NCBI GenBank assembly: GCA_963844965.1
Contig: CAWJQC010000009.1
Span: 32,001-96,000 of the forward strand
Direction: 5' to 3'
DNA: 64,000 nucleotides
From: an uncultured bacterium
GTDB lineage: Bacteria; Patescibacteriota; Minisyncoccia; UBA6257; 2-01-FULL-56-20
The notes below the pieces were generated by a model. It worked only from the letters and a program-made list of their open reading frames with translations. It had not been told where the DNA came from and searched no databases. The position numbers and the translations under genes were made by a program. Numbering within the stretch: the first letter of the stretch is position 1; each line of letters begins with the position of its first letter. Shown one piece after another: positions 10,065 through 21,329 of the stretch.

Positions 10065-10817
10065 TTACTTTCGCTTAAATTGAATTGACGGGCCAACTTC
10101 GTTGTGCTCCGAAAATCCGACCACGCGCCAGTCTTTAAATTGTGCCGCATCGAAAACATTTTTTATCTTCTCAAAAGAATCTGAAACAGAAAGCTCTAAC
10201 GGGACAGATAGAATTGACTTGTCATTAGTCCAAAGTGGATAAGGTGTCGTACGTTTAATGACTAAATTATGGCTTTTGCAAAATTCTTCAATCTCTTGAA
10301 CGTTGCCCTTGCTAACTTTAACCCTCGCCGGCCTTAATATTTTATCATAAATTCTGTAGCCGGGCTCTATTTCTTCCAAAACGGTCCCTTCTGGCTTATC
10401 GGATTCGGCGGCGGCAACCGCTTCGGCGGACGACGGGTCAAATTTGTCGCCGACCTTCACCTCAATCCGTTCCACGCCGCGCTTTCGCAAAATATCCTCT
10501 ATCTGCGTTCTAATCATATAAATTCCCTTATCCACAGAGCCGGATTTTTCCATAGCTCTCAATCCCAGGTCAAAATTATCAATAATCGCGATCAAATCTC
10601 TTATGAGTTCTACACTGCCGTAGCGCGCGATATCTTCCAAACGCTGCATTTCTTCCTTTTTATAGTTAATGAAGTCCGCTTTCGCTCTCTGCCAGCCGGC
10701 GAGATACTCAGCTTTTTCTTTCTCGCATTTCTCTAGTTTTTCTTTCAATTCTTTGACTTCGCCGCTGTCCGCGCCGCTTGCTTCCGAATTTTTCTTTTTA
10801 TCTTCTTCGTCTCCCAT
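10065..10817 (-). CDS. grpE: Nucleotide exchange factor GrpE with a C-terminal extension of about 80 aa
   Basis: GrpE coiled-coil and beta-sheet core (…AEYLAGWQRAKADFINYKKEE…, …IRTQIEDILRKRGVERIE…EAVAAAES…) followed by an extra domain EIEEFCKSHNLVIKR…FKDWRVVGFSEHN. Confidence 0.8.
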   Translation of the reverse strand: MGDEEDKKKNSEASGADSGEVKELKEKLEKCEKEKAEYLAGWQRAKADFINYKKEEMQRLEDIARYGSVELIRDLIAIIDNFDLGLRAMEKSGSVDKGIYMIRTQIEDILRKRGVERIEVKVGDKFDPSSAEAVAAAESDKPEGTVLEEIEPGYRIYDKILRPARVKVSKGNVQEIEEFCKSHNLVIKRTTPYPLWTNDKSILSVPLELSVSDSFEKIKNVFDAAQFKDWRVVGFSEHNEVGPSIQFKRK

Positions 10818-11446
10818 TATTTTTTATTGCTTAATTCTTTGAAAATACCCAGGACCTTTTTATAGTTCATTCTCTTCGGGCCGATAGCCAAAAGAAGAAC
10901 GCCGCCGCCGTTTGCCCCGTAGCTTCCCGAGATGACCGCCAAATCCCCACTTTTCGTCACCGGACTTTTCCTACCGATAAAGACCTGCGGCTCGGCGGAT
11001 TTTTTTAATTTTTTCTCCGCTCTGCCCAGTCGCTCGTCAAGCTCCGCGAAGTCGCGGACAATTTCTTTGATCGCGTCCGGCGTTTCCCACTCCGGCCGTT
11101 CCACGAGATTTTCAATCCCCTCTTTGTATATCTCGCCGCCTCCGCTCGCGACGCCCAAAAGTTCAAGTTCGTCCGAAAGGAATTCCGCGAGTCCCGCCAA
11201 GGCGTGCCTCGCGAACAAATTCCTCACGGACCACAAACCAAAAAACGATTCCTCCTCGGCAAGAATCCGATTGGCGAAAAATTCGTAACCGGCGTCGCTC
11301 GGGACCCTGCCGGCGGAGTGGTGTGGCTGTTCCAAAAACCCTTCGTTGGATAATTTCTCCAGTTCCAGCCGTATCATCGCCGGTTTAATGCCAAAATCGC
11401 AATGTTCGTAAAGCCAGCCGGAACTTATCGGCTCGTCTGAGTCGAC
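10817..11446 (-). CDS. hrcA: Heat-inducible repressor HrcA, 5'-truncated at the junction with the high-GC segment
   Basis: The ORF 10817..11377 ends with the HrcA C-terminus (LLLAIGPKRMNYKKVLGIF). In-frame translation upstream of the annotated Met continues HrcA (…DEPISSGWLYEHCDFGIKPAMIRLELEKLSNEGFLEQPHHSAGRVPSDAGYEFF). Homology is lost at about 11446, where GC content jumps. The first 20-25 aa of HrcA are missing. Confidence 0.7.
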   Translation of the reverse strand, partial: VDSDEPISSGWLYEHCDFGIKPAMIRLELEKLSNEGFLEQPHHSAGRVPSDAGYEFFANRILAEEESFFGLWSVRNLFARHALAGLAEFLSDELELLGVASGGGEIYKEGIENLVERPEWETPDAIKEIVRDFAELDERLGRAEKKLKKSAEPQVFIGRKSPVTKSGDLAVISGSYGANGGGVLLLAIGPKRMNYKKVLGIFKELSNKK

Positions 11447-13266
11447 AGCCGGCCGGAAATCGGCACCTGGAGCACAGCGGCAGCGCTACACATAGACACC
11501 AACGGCAACTCGATCTTCGATCCCGACAACCTCGATTTCACCAACCGCGACCTGGTCTACAGCTTCGGCTTCTCCACCGACAACATGTTCTCCGGCAACT
11601 TCAGCCCGATCGGGGCCGCAGCGGCCGACGGCTTCGACAAGCTGGCCGCCTACGGCAAGATCGGCACGCAATATCGTTGGATCGTCAACACCAATAACGA
11701 CGGCGTGCCGGACGATGGTGGTCAACGACCCGGCGAACATCAACGGCTTGCCGGTCGCCGGCAACTTCGACGGCAACGCCGCCAACGGCGACGAGGTCGG
11801 GCTGTTCGACGGCGCAACTGGTGGCTCGACACGAATCACGACTACAAAGTCAACACGAAAATCGTCAGCTCGTTGCGGGGTTATCCGATCGTGGGCGACT
11901 TCGACGGCGACCACAACTTCGACCTGGCGACCTACCAGGTCAACCCGGTCAACAAGTTCTTCTTCGAGTTGGAGCCGCTAGTGCCACGCCGGTGTTCAAG
12001 AGCATCGATGCCGCGAGCCAGTTCGGCTACATTGGCGTTCGCTCACGGCCGGTCGCGGCCGACATCGAGCGCGACGGCACGACCGACGTGGGGCTGTGGG
12101 TGCCGGACCGCACCGGCGCCACGGGCGACCACATCGGCGAATGGTCGTTCCTGCTCTCCAATTTCGTAGACGCAGCAAGGGCACGGTCAGTACGCTGGAC
12201 CATCAGTTTTCGCCGACGCCGTTGAGCACGACCTGCTTCGCCCGCTTCGGCAACGAGTTCCCTGCCGATGGTGGGTAATTTTGATCCGCCGCTGGCCAGC
12301 GTCAAGGCGGGGCCGGCGATTTCCGGCGTGGTGCTGACCGTTTCCGGGACGAAGCCGACGGTCACTTGGGCGGTGGACGCCGGCCGAGCATTGCCGCGGC
12401 GACGTTGTTGGTGGACGGCAAGGCGGTGGCGGTTTCCAAGCTATCGGGCAGCGCGACGCACGGCAGCTATTCCGCCGGCGCTGGCGGGGTTGAACCTGGC
12501 GGCGGGCAGTCACAGCTTTGTGATCAAGGCCACGGACTCGGCGGGCACGCCCGCCACGACGCAATGCACGGGCACGTTCGACGTCGTCGGGCCGACGATC
12601 AAGGGCGTGGCACTGTCGGTTGCGAAGGGCCTACTCACGTGGAACGCGGTTTCGCCGAACGGCATGGCCGGCGTTGCCCTGATGATCGACAACAAGTCGG
12701 TGTCGAAGATCGCGCTACGCCGTCGGAATTACGCTGGGACGATGGGTTTGCCGGGGATCGGCACCACAAGTACGTCATCACGGCCACCGACAAGACCGGC
12801 AAGAGCGTGACGCTAAGCGACAGTTTTGTCGTTACCGCCCCGACGATCAGCAACGTAGCGATAGCGGCTGCGAAGGGCTTGATCACGTGGACGGCTGCGG
12901 CTTCGCGGCGTGGCGAGTGTTGGTCTGACGATCGACGGCAAGCGAGTGTCGAACACAAGCGGTCCCAACGCGGCGGGGAACTGCTACGGGTTGGCGGGCA
13001 AGCTGCCGGCGGGCACGCACAAGTACGTCATCACGGTCACTGACAAGGGTGGCAAAGCGGTGACGCTTGGCGGTTCGTTCGTGGTGAGCAAGCCGTCCAA
13101 GGCTGTGCAGAGCACCGCGATATCGAGTGCAAGCCGGCTCTGCGTTGTCCGATTCGGCCAAGGTTGCCTGGCTTTACGATCTTGGCGGTTTGACCGGCAC
13201 ATCGTCGAGTACGACCAAAAAGAGCACGTCCGCCCAAGCCGCGGACACCGTTATTGCCCGCTACTG
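11447..13266 (+). pseudogene. High-GC FG-GAP / Ig-like repeat protein, 5'-truncated and fragmented across more than 8 frame changes
   Basis: Frames alternate (ORFs 11585, 11715, 11821, 12096, 12268, 12366 and 12910), each carrying real-looking repeat sequence (VAGNFDGN…, GDFDGDHNFDLATYQ…, KYVITATDKTGKSVTLSDSFVVTAPTISNVAIAAAKGLITW…). The reading frame is open back to the junction with no start codon. Confidence 0.5.
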
Positions 13267-13689
13267 AGCAGGGTTACAAGGATCGAGAAGCGGTTGAGGC
13301 GACAAGCGACATTGCCTTGTCGTAAGGATAGCATGCGTCGGGACGAGGGTTTCGAAATGGCACTATTTCGGGAGCGAACGCCTGGTCGCAGGATGGGTGC
13401 ATTTACTTACAGGATGTTTCGCCGTGAGAGTTCACCCGACAGGCGGTTGAGGATTTTTTTGAGGGTTGTGCCAACCATCTCCTGATTACCAATTGAGGTT
13501 TGGTGTTAAGAATAAGTGAAACTTGGCTCTCCGACTCGTCTGTATCGGGCGGGGATCGGCGAATCGGACGGGCCCGTCTGCCGGAGCCGTTGATCTTATA
13601 CCAGTCATTTAGAGTCGATCACCGCCGGCTCAGCCTTGCTCTGAGCCAGCCCAATAAGGGAGATTTCTGCCATGTGGTAACACCAAGCC

Positions 13690-16600
13690 ATGGGATTCCG
13701 TAACAACTCGCGACGTTCCTCCTCCGCCACGCGGCAGAAGTCGAAGCCATTCTCGATGCGAAACCGACACGCAGCATTTGAACCCCTCGAAGAGCGTCAG
13801 TTGCTGAGCGTCACGCTGACGGGCGTGCCGGATTGGGTCGCTAAGGGTACCGCCCCGATCGTTGCCGGCAACAGCGACAACGTTACGGGGATGACGCCCG
13901 CCACCAGCCTGGAAGTCGGCGCTGTGAACGCTCTGGCGGTCGACCCGACAAACACCAAGCATCTCTTTGCGGCCACCGTGAATGGCGGCATCTGGCAAAC
14001 CAACGACTTCACCGTGGCGAACCCGACCTGGACCACCAGCACGGATCTCATGCCGTCGCTGGCGATCAGCGCTATCGCCTTCAGCCCCACTAACAGCAGC
14101 GTCATCTATGCCGGAACGGGCAGCTACAGTTCCACGGGTGGCGGTGTGGGCGGGGCCGGCATGGGTGGCGGCTCTGTCGGGCTGTACAAGTCAATCAATG
14201 GCGGGGCCACCTGGCAGGTCATCGACCCGAATGGCATCTTCACCGGACTGCGCAGTCCGGCGAGTTGTCCCGAGACGCTTAACGGAGGCCAAACCGTCTT
14301 TGCGGCCGCGACCGATACGGCGGCCGGGAGCGGCGGCGTCTACCGCTCGGACGATGGCGGCGGCACCTGGACGCGGCTCTCGGGCGATAACGGCCTGCCC
14401 AACGCGGGCGTCACCGACCTGGTGGCTAATCCGGCCAACGCCAACCAGTTCTTCGCTGCGGTCGCCGGCGGATCCGGCGGCGCCGGCGGCACGGGCGGCA
14501 TCTTCAGCCTCGATCTATCGGTGAATACAACCTGGACGAACATTACGGGTAATATCAACACCATCAATCCCGGCGTGCTCAACAATGCGATCCGGGTGGA
14601 GTTGTCTGTCAGCATCGCCGGAGTGAATCCGATCTGGGCGAGCGTGATCAACAGCAGCGGCTTCTACGCCGACGTCTTCCGGGCGCCGAACGCCGCATCG
14701 CCCACATGGGCGGCCGTCGGACCCGGCGGTTTGCTTCCGGACGTTCTCCAAGGCAATCAGGGTGGCGTTCACGGCTCCATCGAGGCCGACCCCAACTCCG
14801 ACACGGTCGTGTACATCGGCGGCGATGCAAAGCAGACTGCCAGTCCCTTTAGCGGGTATCTTGCCCGAGGTGATTCCGGCACCAACACCTGAACCGGCAT
14901 GACCCCCGTCGATACCGTGACGGCGAACCCTGGCCTGACCGTCATCCCGACGGCTAATGGCGTCACCGCCGCCCCGCATCCGGACACCCGCAACCTGGTT
15001 TTTGCCTCTGGCGGAGTCCTGCTGGTATCGTGCGACGGCGGCGTCTACCAAGCCACAAACCCGACGGGGGCCGGGCCGGCGATGGCCTGGACTTCGATTA
15101 ACGGCACCCTCGAAGACAGCGAGTTTTACACGGTTTCCTATGACAACCGAAACACGGCAGCCACGGCCGACGATCTAATCGAGGGGGCCGCCCAGGACGA
15201 CAGCTCGAGTGAGCGGAACACGGCTGCCGTTTGGAACACCCAGACAGGCGGCGATGGCACCGTCGTGCTGGCTGACCCCATCAGCGACACACGCTATTTC
15301 TCGATGCAGAACTACTTCATGGGTAGTGTCATCGGCGGGGGCGGCGTCAATCGACCCGCCGGCACTGTCGCGGGCACGGGGGGCAAGGTTCTGAACGCGG
15401 CTAACGCCGGCACCAAGGCCGAGACGTTCCCCTTTACCCCCGCCTTCCAAATCAACCAGGGGGACATCGGCAGCGGGGCGGGCACGGCACGGGTTATCCT
15501 GGGGGGCAATCAGACGCTCTATGTCTCCAGCGACCAGGCAGCCAACTACACCTCGATCGGCGGCACAACTGCAAATAACCCCGACCCCGTGACCAACCTA
15601 ACCGCCCGGGTGATCACGATCGCGTTTGGTGCGGCGACCAATACGAATGCCTGCTACGTCGCTATGTCCGACGGCAACGTCACCAAGACGACGGACATCA
15701 CCACTGCCGGCGGTGGTTTCAGCCTCACGACCTTCCTTGCGACGGCCGGCGGTGAGGATGGCGCAGGGTATGGCGATCGATCCCAACGACGCGAATACGG
15801 TCTACGTAATCACTCTGACGCGCAGCCTGCGTGACCACGGACGGCGGCACTACGTGGGCCAACATCACGGACAACCTGGCATCCCTGTTCACTCCGGGCT
15901 TTGCCAGCAACGTGAGTCCGAGTCAGGAGCGGGGGATCACCCTGTTCAACAACGGCACGGCAACGAAGGCCGACGACGTGCTGTTGATCGGCGGTCCAGG
16001 CGGTGTCTTTCGGCGTCTGGCCGCATCGCCCCCGGGTGGCATTTGGAGCCAATATGGCGTTGATTTGCCCAACGTGCTGGTCGACAGTCTGCAATATGAC
16101 CAACTGAGCGATACGCTTCTGGCTGGCACTTTTGGCCGCGGCGACTGGACGGTTAGCAGCGTTGCCACCACAATTAACGCCGCTGGCGTGATGGTGATCT
16201 GCGGCGACCAGGATTTTGCCAACGAAGACGACACCTTTAAGCTGGTCCGCGACCCCGGCGATCCGTTGCTGTTGGATGTGTTTCAGAACAACACCACCAC
16301 TACCCCCGACTTCCAAGTGCCGTTGGCGGTGGTCCAGCAGATCGACGTCTTCGCCGCCGGCGGCAACGACAACTTGATTGTTGACAGCAGCAACGGCCTG
16401 ATCAGCGTCGCCGGCGGCATTCGTTACGACGCCGATCACGGCTGCCCGGGCGACACAGCCGCCGGAATCGGCGGTTTCGACCGCCTCACCCTCACCCAGA
16501 ATCTGACGGGTGGCCCCGCCATCGCTTCCGATCAATTGGCGCCGGGTGCCACCCCGGGCGACGGCATCAGCACCGTCAACGACACGGCCGGCAACGTCCA

Positions 16601-19223
16601 GACGATTGATTTCCAGTACCTCGAACCGGTTGTCGATAACGTCCCCTCGCCGACGTTCGATATCGCCGCCGTCCCCGGATTGGCGAGTCTGCTGGACGCC
16701 GACAACGCCATCGACTATACGGCCAGCCAGATTCTGCTTACCGGCGGCCGCGTGACGATCGACAATTTCGAGCCGATCGAGTTCGAGAACAAGGTCACCT
16801 TGGTCATCGACGCCGGGGCCGGCAGTGATGCGATCAATCTGAACAATCCCACCACGCCCACCGGCCTGGCGGCCATCACCGTCAACGGTGGCGACCCGTC
16901 GCTCGCCGATACGATCACCGTCAACGGCATCAAGGGGGCTACGGACCATTTCGTGGTGCTGCCCACGGCCGCAGGCAACGGAAACATTTTCGACACCGAC
17001 ACAGCGAGCGCCAAATATCGCCCCCGAGGTTCACTATTCCGGCATGCAAGGGGTCAACGTCGTGGGCCAAAACGCGGATGCGGACGCCTTGGCGGACGGA
17101 GGAACTGTGGGCGACGACTCGTTCACCTATAATCCTGGCACGACCGCGTCTTCCGGAGAGATTCACGGTTTCAACAGCGGTTTCTCCTTTGGGGCCTTGA
17201 CCTTTAACGGAATCACCGGCTGGGTCACGATGGGATCGCCTTTGGTGAACCTTACCGCAGGTTCGGCGACCGGCCTCCTCGTCCTCGGCGGCCACGACAC
17301 GGTGGTCATCGACGGGACGGCGGCTGACGATTCCTTCAATTGGGACAATTCTCTTGTATTCCTGCAGGTGCGAGTGGACACTGGCGGCGACCTTCACACC
17401 CCCATCGTCCTGGCCGGCGACCAAATCGTTGGATACGTTTCACACGTCATTGTGCAGGGGCTCGACGGCAACGACACGTTCAATGTGATTCCTGGGGGGG
17501 CCCCTGGCAGTGACTTGTTCGACATCCGCATCGAAGGAGGGGATTCCGATAGCTTTACCGACACACTAAACCTCAGCGGCGCCGTCGGCCCGGTGGGGGT
17601 GAATCTGGCCGACAGCACCGTGCCCTCCGACACCTCGATAACCGGCTACGGCAGCACCGTCACGCTCACCGGCGTCGAGTTGGTCCACATGGATGTCAAC
17701 GGCACAAACCCTGACGGTCACGGGCACGGCGGGCGCGGACCAGTTCAACTTCACGCCCACGGCGCTGGGCGTCGGCAGTTTCAAGGTCACGACCACCGGC
17801 GCCATCGTCGAGACCAGCCCGCAATTCACCTATACCGGCGTGGCGGCCACGGGCGTCACGCTCAACGGCGGTACGGGCGGATTCGACGTGCTGGGACTGA
17901 CGGCCACGGCCGGCAACGACACGATCAACGCCGTGCAGACCGACGCCACGCATTTGAGCTTCACCCTCAACGCGTTCACGCAGCCTTTCATTTTCGCCAC
18001 GCCGGCTTCGGTGCCAGGGGTCAACATCTACGCCGGCGCCGGCGATGACTTGATTCGCGTGAGCGTGACCAATGCGCTGGAAAGCACCACGCCGAGCGCC
18101 AGCCTGCGGTTCACGGTCGACGGCGGCGAGCCCAATGCCAGCGATCGGCTGCTCGTGAACGACGACGGCATTGGCGACCTGACTATCCTTCGCCAGGGCC
18201 CCGATGATCGAAGCGGCTCGGTGACGGTGGGCGTTCTGAATCCCGTTGTCTATGAAAACGTCGAGCGTCTCGACGTCACGCCGCTTAATCCCATCACCGG
18301 TGGGACCGGCACTGACGGCAACGGCCGCATCTTCGTCATGCATCAGAATCCGTTCGAGACCAACGACAGCCTCGCGAACGCACGGCGCAGATCGAGCGGC
18401 TGGCCGATTCGCCGACCAGCCCCACGATCGACCCGGCCGGCCTCAATACCCCTCCGTTTACGGTCAGCGGCGACGAAGATTGGTACGTCTTCCGTCCCAA
18501 GTTCACCACGGACTACCAAGTCCGCATCCTGTTCCATCGCATCGTGGCTTTGGCGAACGGCCGGCCTGGCCTGCCGGGCACCGGCGACTTGTCGCTCGAC
18601 ATCTACGACGCCAACGGGGCGTTGATCGTCTCCGGCGTGGCCGATGGAAACGGCGACAACCGCACGGCCATTTTCGGGGCCACGCCCACCGTGGCACAGT
18701 TCGCCACGATCTATATCCGCGTCAAAGGCGGAGAAGCGCCAGCTGGCGCCTCGGTCAATCTCTACGACTTCGACAACATCACCGCATTGACGTTCCCGGT
18801 GCCACCGGGGGTCGGCAACGTGGACGTGTTCGGTCCCCAGGTCACCGGCGTGGCCATCACCACCGCGCCGGCCTACAACTTGTTCGATCCCAAGGAATTC
18901 ACACATGGCGGCCTGGGCCCGACGCCATTGGTAAACGGCCTGACCATCAGTTTCAAGGATTTACCGGCACGCACCCCGGGCTTCGTCTATCCGGCCCTCG
19001 ATCCGGCCACGGCCAGCACCCGGGCACTTATGTGGTCAAGGGAGATGCCAACGGCATCGTTCAGATCTCGCAGATCATCGTGACCAACAACCCGCCGGCG
19101 GTGGGACAGGTGCCCACGGCGACGGTCCAACTGGTTTTCGCCCAGCCGTTGCCCGACGATCGCTTCACGTTGACGATCAACGACAATCTGCTCGATCCGG
19201 CCACCGCGTCTATAAATCCCTGA
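13690..19223 (+). pseudogene. Giant BNR/Asp-box repeat extracellular protein with a Planctomycetes-type N-terminus; contains 1 in-frame TGA and at least 4 frame changes
   Basis: The N-terminus MGFRNNS…MRNRHAAFEPLEERQLLSV matches the planctomycete 'LExLExRxLLS' signal-anchor motif. It has repeated SxDxGxTW boxes (SINGGATWQV, SDDGGGTWTR, TTDGGTTWANI). ORFs 13690, 14899, 15831, 16888, 17693 and 18246 are colinear pieces of one gene. Confidence 0.55.
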
Positions 19224-19275
19224 ACCGCCGCCTCCAAAATTTTCTGCGTTCTTTCCGTAAACATGGAGTAATCGC

Positions 19276-19346
19276 GAATAATGCGAATCTATTTTAAATA
19301 ATGCGAATATTATTATTAGTGTTATTTGCTATCATTCGCATTATTA
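19276..19346. repeat. AT-rich region with three copies of AATAATGCGAAT (two direct, one inverted); putative operator
   Basis: GCGAATAATGCGAAT at 19276, AAATAATGCGAATA at 19299 and the inverted ATTCGCATTATT at 19335. The region lies between the end of the high-GC segment and the gene at 19490. Confidence 0.4.
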
Positions 19347-19489
19347 GCGAACACTCCGAATTATAGTCCTATTGGCAATCTTGTCAAGCGATTGCTAATA
19401 CTTGACAGAAATATAATTCCATGCTAACATTACATCAGTACTTGCCCGAACGTGTTTGATGTTGGGCAAGAGAAAAGGAGAAGGGCGAC

Positions 19490-19825
19490 ATGAACTATCG
19501 TCTGAAAGTTTTGATTGCCGTGTTAATTGTGGTGCTTTCGGTCGTGGCGGCTTTGCTGTGCGGCTTTGCCAAGCTCTCGGTTGTGTTCGCGATCGCTGGC
19601 ACAGCCTTCGTTGTCAATCGGCACATCTGTCGGTGCCGCAACTGCTCAAGCTGGAGAACGCATTGGGATTTCCAGTACGTTGGGGATAATTGGAATCCTG
19701 GCCACGGAACAACACAGGAATTTAGGTGTTGCGCGGCATGTCACCAAACAACGCTTTTAGATACCCATTCAAGCTGCGCGGAGAATCCACTGAATGTTCC
19801 CGACGACTTAAACTCGAACTACTAG
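19490..19825 (+). CDS. Hypothetical small Cys-rich membrane-anchored protein
   Basis: 111-aa ORF with an N-terminal TM helix and 8 Cys. A TTGACA-N17-TAACAT promoter-like sequence lies upstream at 19404..19432. Confidence 0.4.
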   Translation: MNYRLKVLIAVLIVVLSVVAALLCGFAKLSVVFAIAGTAFVVNRHICRCRNCSSWRTHWDFQYVGDNWNPGHGTTQEFRCCAACHQTTLLDTHSSCAENPLNVPDDLNSNY

Positions 19826-19960
19826 CTTCGTCCTCCAATCCCGCTACGTCCCCCTGCTTTGGCAGAATGGACTTGGCGGGATTTTTATTTGACGGAATTG
19901 CCTATTTCCTATAAAATTTGTGCAGCTTTATCGGATTGATAATTTGCGAGGATGGTGTAA

Positions 19961-20524
19961 ATGAAAAGATTTTTTCTGCCCTGCTTTTTGCTGTTTCTAC
20001 TGCTTCCGTTTCCGTCCGTTCTCACTGCTCAAACTACGGCTCAAATAGAATCATGGAACGACGTTATCGGCGGTAAGATTGTGCCGCAGGTTGACGCCTA
20101 CGTGACGCACAAATCGTCAGAGCGTGTCGGCCAGTTTGCCTGGTTCGTTACGGGCCAGCACTGGTCCGAGGCCTACGCAGGATTGGAGCTTTATCCCAAA
20201 AAATGGATGACATTGGACATGGGCGCTGGCCTGGAGACAAACAAAAATCCATGGCGTCTCGGCGGCATTGTGTGGATGGGTAGCCAAAAACAGTCGCTTC
20301 TGACCGCATTGGAAACAGGCGGCAGCGGCTTCTGGTGGCGGAGCATATACAACCGAAAAGTTAGAAAATGTTTCGGCATCGGGATAATCGGCCAGGCGCA
20401 CAGGGGCGTCGGTCCGAGGGCGCAGTTTTGTATTCCCAGAACGCCAATCACAATATGGGCTGCCAATTTCTTCTGGAACGGCAAGCCTTCACAGGCGTTC
20501 GGGATTGTCTATGGTTTCAACTAA
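19961..20524 (+). CDS. Hypothetical secreted protein with a signal peptide, aromatic-rich and beta-rich
   Basis: MKRFFLPCFLLFLLLPFPSVLTAQ signal peptide, a W/Y/G-rich mature region, and a C-terminal …IVYGFN. Confidence 0.5.
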   Translation: MKRFFLPCFLLFLLLPFPSVLTAQTTAQIESWNDVIGGKIVPQVDAYVTHKSSERVGQFAWFVTGQHWSEAYAGLELYPKKWMTLDMGAGLETNKNPWRLGGIVWMGSQKQSLLTALETGGSGFWWRSIYNRKVRKCFGIGIIGQAHRGVGPRAQFCIPRTPITIWAANFFWNGKPSQAFGIVYGFN

Positions 20525-20551
20525 AAACGCCGAACAGCAATTTTCAAACGG

Positions 20552-20597
20552 CCGCCGGAGTTTTTCGTATAACGCGATAAAACTTCGGCGGTTTTTT
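20552..20597 (+). terminator. Intrinsic terminator
   Basis: CCGCCGGAGTTTT…AAAACTTCGGCGG stem of about 13 bp followed by T6. Confidence 0.5.
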
Positions 20598-20690
20598 ATG
20601 TTTGACATTTTAACGCGCTGTGCGCTATTGTTCTTCCCAGAAGAAGGCGAACCGCCTTCAGTTTGAAAGTAAAAAAGGGGGGGTAAGGTT

Positions 20691-21218
20691 ATGCAGGCGC
20701 TTGCTGGATTTTTTGGGTTCACGACATTGGCCGGCGTTATTTGGAACTCTGTTGCTTATTTGGCATTCATATTGATTATCATCGGCGTTTTCTCCGACCG
20801 GTACCGCAATATCCTTATGACTTTTGGCGCCGCCGTACTTGCACTATACGCAGCAATCTTCCTTCATAATCCTCTATTTGCCGCACTACAAACGCTGATT
20901 GTCGTTTCAGGATTTTTACAATTAGCGAAGGTTTCCAAACGCACGGCGATGGCTACTATGGTGATATTTACAGCTGTGGCATATCTCTTCCTGGCACTGA
21001 ACGGCTCTATAGCCAATATCTGGGCGCTGCTCGGCTCTCTTGGCCTGCTTGGCATTGCCTTTGGCTTGGTCGCTCTCCCGCAACATAATGGTTTTCTGCT
21101 GATGGCAACGGGGGGTGTGTTGCTGATTGTTTATGCGTTTACGGTGGCTGCCTGGGTATTTTTCCTACTCAACGTTTTCTTTACCGTTGCGAACATTCGC
21201 GTCTGGCGGAAAAGATAA
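20691..21218 (+). CDS. Hypothetical integral membrane protein
   Basis: 175-aa ORF with 5-6 predicted TM helices. A GC-hairpin plus T-run terminator follows at about 21230..21275. Confidence 0.5.
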   Translation: MQALAGFFGFTTLAGVIWNSVAYLAFILIIIGVFSDRYRNILMTFGAAVLALYAAIFLHNPLFAALQTLIVVSGFLQLAKVSKRTAMATMVIFTAVAYLFLALNGSIANIWALLGSLGLLGIAFGLVALPQHNGFLLMATGGVLLIVYAFTVAAWVFFLLNVFFTVANIRVWRKR

Positions 21219-21329
21219 ATTTGCGCAAAAGCTGGCCGCTTGCCCCTTGAGGTCGGCGGCTTTTTGTTTTCCTATCGCCGGTTGTTGAACTAATTTAAAT
21301 GCCCGCCTCAGAACGAAGCGGGCGCATTT

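Noticed and set aside
11486-19264. Numerous long minus-strand ORFs in the high-GC segment (for example 15810..16949, 379 aa; 17696..18343, 215 aa; 14515..15051)
   Set aside because: High GC depletes stop codons on all frames. These ORFs are antisense to colinear protein-like plus-strand pieces and translate to Arg/Gly/Ala-rich low-complexity sequence.
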